Of a DNA stretch of 20,238 bases, positions 15,818 to 20,238 are shown one piece after another. Source of the stretch: Thermodesulfobacteriota bacterium (lineage in GTDB: Bacteria > Desulfobacterota_D > UBA1144 > Nemesobacterales > N074bin48); NCBI GenBank assembly GCA_041572575.1, contig JBFFSH010000044.1, positions 1-20,238 on the forward strand. The letters are read 5' to 3'. Both the position numbers and the translations under genes were made by a program. The number at the start of each line of letters is the position of its first letter. Within the stretch, counting starts at the first letter, position 1. The notes beneath the pieces were generated by a model. It was not told the origin of the DNA, searched no databases, and saw only the letters and a program-made list of their open reading frames with translations.

Positions 15818-18142
15818 TTAAAGCTGTCCGTATTTTTTTCTAAGTCTGTCTCTTACAATCTCAGCAATCGTGTTTATTAAAAAAGTAGCAATAAAAAGTA
15901 GCAATGCCGCAAGAAATAAAATTCTGTAAAGAGTGCCTCCATGGGGAGCCTCCGGGATCTCCACAGCAATGTTGGCTGAGAGTGTCCTGAATCCATTGAA
16001 TATATTCCAGTCAAGTACTGGAGTATTCCCTGTGGCCATAAGCACTATCATCGTTTCTCCAACAGCCCTTCCAAGCCCAATCATCACGGCAGAGAATATT
16101 CCTGCACTTGCCGTTGGAAGAACCACCCTGATAGCTGTCTGCCATTTATTGGCACCAAGTGCAAGCGAGCCTGCAGTAAGATGCTGAGGAACACTTGAAA
16201 GAGCGTCTTCTGAAATTGTGAATATTATTGGTATAACTGCAAAACCCATTGCATAGCCGACTACAAGCGCATTTCTCTGATCATATTGGAGCCCAAGTAC
16301 CGTGTATAGCCATTCTTTATAATTTCCACCGAATAGAAGATCTTCCAGTGGCCCGTTTATTCCAAGTGATACGAGTACCCCTATTATGATCACGGGTATT
16401 AGAAGAAAAAGTTCGTAGCCTTCCTTAAATCTTCCCTTAATAATCCTTGGAACGAACTGCCATCCGTAAACGGCAAAAAGCGTAAACAATGTAATGAGTA
16501 TAGGCATTGCAATTAAAGCGGGTATTACCTTTTCCATAAGCGGCGCCATCCAAAGCCCTGCAAAAAATCCAAGCACCACGCTTGGAAGTGCAGCCATGAT
16601 TTCTATGGTTGGCTTTATAGTATTTCTTAGAGTGGGATGCATAAATTGTGATACACATATCGCACCCAGAATAGAAATCGGAATCGCAAATAGAAGAGCA
16701 TAAAATGCGCCTTTAAACGTTCCAAACATAAGTGGAGTAAGGCTGAATTTTGGCTCAAATTCATCTGTACCACCTGTAGACTGCCATACGTATTCAGGGT
16801 TTTGGTATCCTTCATACCACACTTTTCCAAATAGAGTTTTAAAATTGGTTTCAGGATGTTCGTTGCTTAAAGTGTAATTAAACAGATTGTTATCTTTTGT
16901 AATAGCAAGTATTCCGTTTGCCTTTGGCGCAATAACAATACTTTTTATATAGTCGCCTTTACCTTTAATCTCCAGATGCTTTTGTTCAGAAGTAGTATGA
17001 TGAACAATAATGTTCCCTCCGGCATCTGCTGTTATTATTCCTTTATCTCTAGGAGAAGATGCAGAACTGGTAACCTCTGAGGCATGTGATGCTAAGATGT
17101 GAACTTTTGTAAGAGTTTCAATATTATTTTCATCCTTTACCTTAAACCAGGTGGACACATTTCCTGACCTATCTCCAACAATTAACGACCTGTTTCCAAG
17201 AACAAAATTCAGAAGTGTAATGGGGCTGTCTGAGGCATCTATGACTTTTTCAAATTTTGGGTTTGCTTTACCGCCCTTAATATTCCAGTTAAGAATTTTG
17301 CCGTCTACAGTTCCGGCATAAACGTTATAAAGTAAATCATCAAGTGCCAGGCTTGTTATTTTTTCATCTACAATTTGATTAGTTAAATTTGCTCTTTTTT
17401 CTGTTATTTCCGAGTCACCAAAAAATGACTCCGTCTGCTCCAATGTCACAAGTAGTAGTTGTCCAGATTTTGTATATGCGACTGTGGAGCTTGAACCTTC
17501 TTCATCCTCTTTACTCACAGCAAAAACTATGGGTTCAGAAGATATTGATACTAATTCACCATCAATAATACGGGGAGTTAAAATTCTTTTCTGTTTTTCA
17601 TCAAATGTAATATTAAATGTAACGGTAAGTGGTAGTACATAACCATCCTCAGTGCCTAATGTGTAATTCTTGTTACCAATCGCTCCGGATGCGGATGTAA
17701 TCTTTTTTCCGGCCAGAGCAGGTATCTGTATTTTTTTTAAATTTTTACCGTTTGCTAAATCAATAAAATGAACATATCCGTTATCTGTAATCAGATATGC
17801 AATTTCTCTAAACTCTTCTACACCAATTGCTACAATATCGGGTTTTGGTGTAAGAGCTAATGATGAGTTTTCGGATGGTGGTACTGCGGGTAGTATAAAT
17901 ATAGATTTGTTTTCATTTAGATCAAAATTACTAGCTACGGTTGTCTTAACTTTTTCCCAAAGAGGGACAACTTCGATCCCAATGAAAAGAAGGATAGCAA
18001 TAATACTCAGTATTATAGCTATCCCTCCTGATGTAACTACAACGGTAGCAATTTTATCTGCAAGCCGCCTTTTTCTAATTGCTTTTTCTTTAGAGGCGGC
18101 CTGCGAATTTATTTTTTTTTCTGATTCAGTAATAACTTCCAT
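15818..18142 (-). CDS. pstC: Phosphate ABC transporter permease PstC (long form with WD40/beta-propeller-like domain)
   Basis: KVWYEGY...WQSTGGTDEFEPKFSL, KPTIEIMAALPSVVLG, GSLALGANKWQT, RAVGETM, PHGGTLYR; repeated WD-like strands. TAATG overlap with pstS. Confidence 0.95.
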   Translation of the reverse strand: MEVITESEKKINSQAASKEKAIRKRRLADKIATVVVTSGGIAIILSIIAILLFIGIEVVPLWEKVKTTVASNFDLNENKSIFILPAVPPSENSSLALTPKPDIVAIGVEEFREIAYLITDNGYVHFIDLANGKNLKKIQIPALAGKKITSASGAIGNKNYTLGTEDGYVLPLTVTFNITFDEKQKRILTPRIIDGELVSISSEPIVFAVSKEDEEGSSSTVAYTKSGQLLLVTLEQTESFFGDSEITEKRANLTNQIVDEKITSLALDDLLYNVYAGTVDGKILNWNIKGGKANPKFEKVIDASDSPITLLNFVLGNRSLIVGDRSGNVSTWFKVKDENNIETLTKVHILASHASEVTSSASSPRDKGIITADAGGNIIVHHTTSEQKHLEIKGKGDYIKSIVIAPKANGILAITKDNNLFNYTLSNEHPETNFKTLFGKVWYEGYQNPEYVWQSTGGTDEFEPKFSLTPLMFGTFKGAFYALLFAIPISILGAICVSQFMHPTLRNTIKPTIEIMAALPSVVLGFFAGLWMAPLMEKVIPALIAMPILITLFTLFAVYGWQFVPRIIKGRFKEGYELFLLIPVIIIGVLVSLGINGPLEDLLFGGNYKEWLYTVLGLQYDQRNALVVGYAMGFAVIPIIFTISEDALSSVPQHLTAGSLALGANKWQTAIRVVLPTASAGIFSAVMIGLGRAVGETMIVLMATGNTPVLDWNIFNGFRTLSANIAVEIPEAPHGGTLYRILFLAALLLFIATFLINTIAEIVRDRLRKKYGQL

Positions 18143-19107
18143 TAATACTGGCCATAAGCAATATTTGCTGGTACCGGAATATAACCGTCTTTTATTACAA
18201 CATTCTGACCTTCTTTACTAAGAACATAGTTTAAGAACTCAGTTCTAAGTGGATCAAGATCTGTATTAGGAGCTTTGTTCACATATAGATAGAGGAATCT
18301 TGCCAGAGGATATTTTTTAGCCATTACATTTTCTATTGTAGGACCTGCACATTCTGCTCCGTCTTTTGCAATTTCAACAACCTTTACTCCGGATGTTTTA
18401 TAACCTATGCCGCTATAACCTATTCCACCTATATCTTCAGTAATGCCCTGCACCACTGAAGCTGAGCCTGGCTGTTCTTTTACGTCGTCTTTATAGTCAC
18501 CTTTACAGAGTGCTTTTTTCTTAAAGTAACCATAAGTTCCAGATGCAGAGTTTCTGCCGTATTTACTTATTGGCTTGTTTGCCCATTCTCCTGTAAGTCC
18601 TGCATCGCCCCATGTAGCTAAATCATGCGGGCCGCCACAGGCTCTGTTCTTGGAAAATATAGCATCAACCTGAGCAATTGTTAAGCAGCTTATTGGATTA
18701 TCCTTGTTTACATAAACTGCAAGAGTATCAATTGCCGCCTTAACAGGGGTTGGCTTATAACCAAAAGCCTTTTCAAATGCATCTACTTCTTTATTTTTCA
18801 TGGCTCTGGACATCGGTCCAAATGTTGAAGTTCCCTCAATAAGTGCCGGTGGCGCTGTGCTTGAGCCCTTACCTTCAATCTGACATTTTACATTTGGATA
18901 ATACTTAGCAAATCCTTCACACCAAAGCGCCATCATATTGTTCATGGTATCAGAGCCAATGCTGCTAACGTTTCCTGAAACACCGCTTACTTTTGCATAA
19001 TCACTAAGTGCCGGATCTACTTCTAAAGCATTTGTACTGTTTAGAGCAAATGCTGATATAACAATAAAGAAACTTAAAACCTTTATGAATTGAGATTTTA
19101 TTCTCAC
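18142..19107 (-). CDS. pstS: Phosphate ABC transporter substrate-binding protein
   Basis: Signal peptide; [56 protein letters not shown] before GTG. Confidence 0.96.
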   Translation of the reverse strand: MRIKSQFIKVLSFFIVISAFALNSTNALEVDPALSDYAKVSGVSGNVSSIGSDTMNNMMALWCEGFAKYYPNVKCQIEGKGSSTAPPALIEGTSTFGPMSRAMKNKEVDAFEKAFGYKPTPVKAAIDTLAVYVNKDNPISCLTIAQVDAIFSKNRACGGPHDLATWGDAGLTGEWANKPISKYGRNSASGTYGYFKKKALCKGDYKDDVKEQPGSASVVQGITEDIGGIGYSGIGYKTSGVKVVEIAKDGAECAGPTIENVMAKKYPLARFLYLYVNKAPNTDLDPLRTEFLNYVLSKEGQNVVIKDGYIPVPANIAYGQY

Positions 19108-19157
19108 TGTACTACCTCCTAATAATTTTCGTTCTTTGATTAATTAAACTCATCAAT

Positions 19158-19196
19158 TGTTAAGATTGTGTTAAGAAAGTGAGAAATATGTATTAA
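19158..19196 (-). promoter_or_regulatory. Pho-box-like array upstream of pstS (four half-sites, 11-bp period)
   Basis: Minus strand: TTAATA-catat-TTCTCA-ctttc-TTAACA-caatc-TTAACA; plus-strand starts 19191, 19180, 19169, 19158. Confidence 0.8.
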
Positions 19197-19300
19197 TATT
19201 GTACAAATATTTTAGTACAGATATGAAATGTTGTTGAATTACAGCAGGTTACGTCAGGAAATCTATGAGAGTTAATTAATAAAAAGTAGTTAATAGGTTT

Positions 19301-19993
19301 TTACATTGCTTCTAATTTATAACCTATCCCTCTAATGGTTTTTATCATATTGCCGGCAACACCGAGCTTTTCTCTTAAGTTTTTAATATGAACATCGATT
19401 GTACGGTCATAAACAAGCTTATCATCTCCCCAAAGCCTTTTTTTCTTTATAAGCTGATCTCTTGAGAATACACTGCCTTTTCTCTCGGTAAGAACTTCTA
19501 AAATCTTGAATTCGGTTGTAGTTAGATCAACGCTTTTTCCATCTACTAATACTTCATATTTATCAGAATTTATTGAAAGTGGGCCGATCTTGATTAATTC
19601 ATGATCATCTTCTTTCTTATCCAGTCTCCTAAAAACAGATTTCACCCTGGCAACTAGTTCTCTTGGACTAAAAGGCTTTACAACATAGTCATCTGCTCCA
19701 AGCTCCAGTCCTACAACCACATCAGATTCAGCTGCTTTTGCAGTTAACATAATAATAGGGATAGAAGCAGTCTTTTTCTTATTTTTTAGAATTTTACATA
19801 TTTCCAGGCCGTCTATGCCCGGAAGCATAATATCCAAAATAATGAGATCCGGGATAACCGATTCTATATAAGAGAAAAATTCTCTTCCCTTGCCAAATTC
19901 CTTTACCAGATAGCCTTCTCTTTTGAGATGATGGCTTACAAGCTCAACTATATCCTGTTCATCGTCTACAATTACAATCGTTTTTTCAGACAT
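19301..19993 (-). CDS. phoB: OmpR/PhoB-family response regulator, probably PhoB/PhoP
   Basis: Receiver IVDDE, ILDIMLPGIDG, PIIMLTAK, GLELGADDYVVKPFSPREL; winged helix RTIDVHIKNLREKL, TIRGIGY; adjacent to pstS. SD AGGAAGG. Confidence 0.88.
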   Translation of the reverse strand: MSEKTIVIVDDEQDIVELVSHHLKREGYLVKEFGKGREFFSYIESVIPDLIILDIMLPGIDGLEICKILKNKKKTASIPIIMLTAKAAESDVVVGLELGADDYVVKPFSPRELVARVKSVFRRLDKKEDDHELIKIGPLSINSDKYEVLVDGKSVDLTTTEFKILEVLTERKGSVFSRDQLIKKKRLWGDDKLVYDRTIDVHIKNLREKLGVAGNMIKTIRGIGYKLEAM

Positions 19994-20069
19994 TTTATTC
20001 CTTCCTAAATAATCGTTTATTTGATTAGTATAGGACGGTGAAAGTTCTTTTCAATAACAAGTATTATTC

Positions 20070-20097
20070 TTAACATTCTATTAACATTTATTTCACA
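20070..20097 (+). promoter_or_regulatory. Pho-box-like array (three half-sites, 11-bp period) oriented away from phoB
   Basis: TTAACA-ttcta-TTAACA-tttat-TTCACA starting at 20070, 20081, 20092. Confidence 0.75.
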
Positions 20098-20106
20098 TTA
20101 AATTTA

Positions 20107-20238
20107 GGAGCTCGCATAGGACAGCAAAGTATACTAAGCTGAAACTATGCAAAAGAAGTTACTTAAGAATACAAAACTATCAAATAGTAAGATAAGCAAG
20201 CTAATACAAATGTTTGTATTGGAAGTGCCGGCATGTAA
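20107..20238 (+). mobile_element. Left end of a probable IS1595-family (IS1016-like) insertion sequence, truncated by the window
   Basis: Candidate terminus GGAGCTCGCATAGGACAGC resembles the GGGGCTG end of the IS1016 group; preceded by AT-only TAAATTTA; transposase-like ORF starts 40 nt inside. Confidence 0.6.
20147..20238 (+). CDS. N-terminus of a probable IS1595-family transposase (3'-truncated)
   Basis: MQKKLLKNTKLSNSKISKLIQMFVLEVPAC..., open to the window end. Matches the recalled K-L-S-x-x-K-x-x-K-L-I-x-x-F-V-x-x-V-x-A pattern before the HTH of IS1016-type transposases. Only 30 codons visible. Confidence 0.6.
   Translation, partial: MQKKLLKNTKLSNSKISKLIQMFVLEVPAC

Noticed and set aside
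12333..18221. Short ORFs overlapping phoU/arsC/pst genes (12333, 12630, 13157, 13501, 14403, 14898, 15933, 16437, 16494, 16627, 17907)
   Set aside because: Shadow ORFs of conserved pst genes.
19195..19224. Near-palindrome AATATTGTACAAATATT and repeat GTACA(A/G)ATAT upstream of the pstS Pho boxes
   Set aside because: Low-complexity AT-rich sequence, out of phase with the 11-bp array; cannot be assigned a function.

Overview
AT-rich (roughly 35% GC by eye) bacterial chromosomal window, standard genetic code, probably from a diderm (PstS has a cleavable, non-lipoprotein signal peptide). Right half: a minus-strand phosphate cluster phoB - pstS - pstC (long, beta-propeller-like insert) - pstA (long) - pstB - arsC - phoU, with no phoR in view. 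11-bp-periodic TTAACA Pho-box-like arrays lie upstream of pstS and between phoB and the window end, where the first 30 codons and probable left end of an IS1595-family (IS1016-like) element appear. Middle: MidA/NDUFAF7-type methyltransferase, LL-diaminopimelate aminotransferase, cellulose-synthase-like GT2, a TetR gene with promoter and palindromic operator, an atypical fold-type-I PLP enzyme, and an M48 lipoprotein peptidase. Left: a 5'-truncated hypothetical gene, a hypothetical protein with a tandem repeat, a CDGSH/(4Fe-4S)/CDGSH protein split by one in-frame TGA (missed by the ORF track), a carboxymuconolactone decarboxylase family gene, a Get3/ArsA-HSP20 ATPase with an unannotated 48-aa tail-anchored-like ORF divergent from it, a degenerate PhoU-like protein and another hypothetical gene. 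No rRNA, tRNA or CRISPR array was recognised. All family calls come from motif recognition, not database searches.
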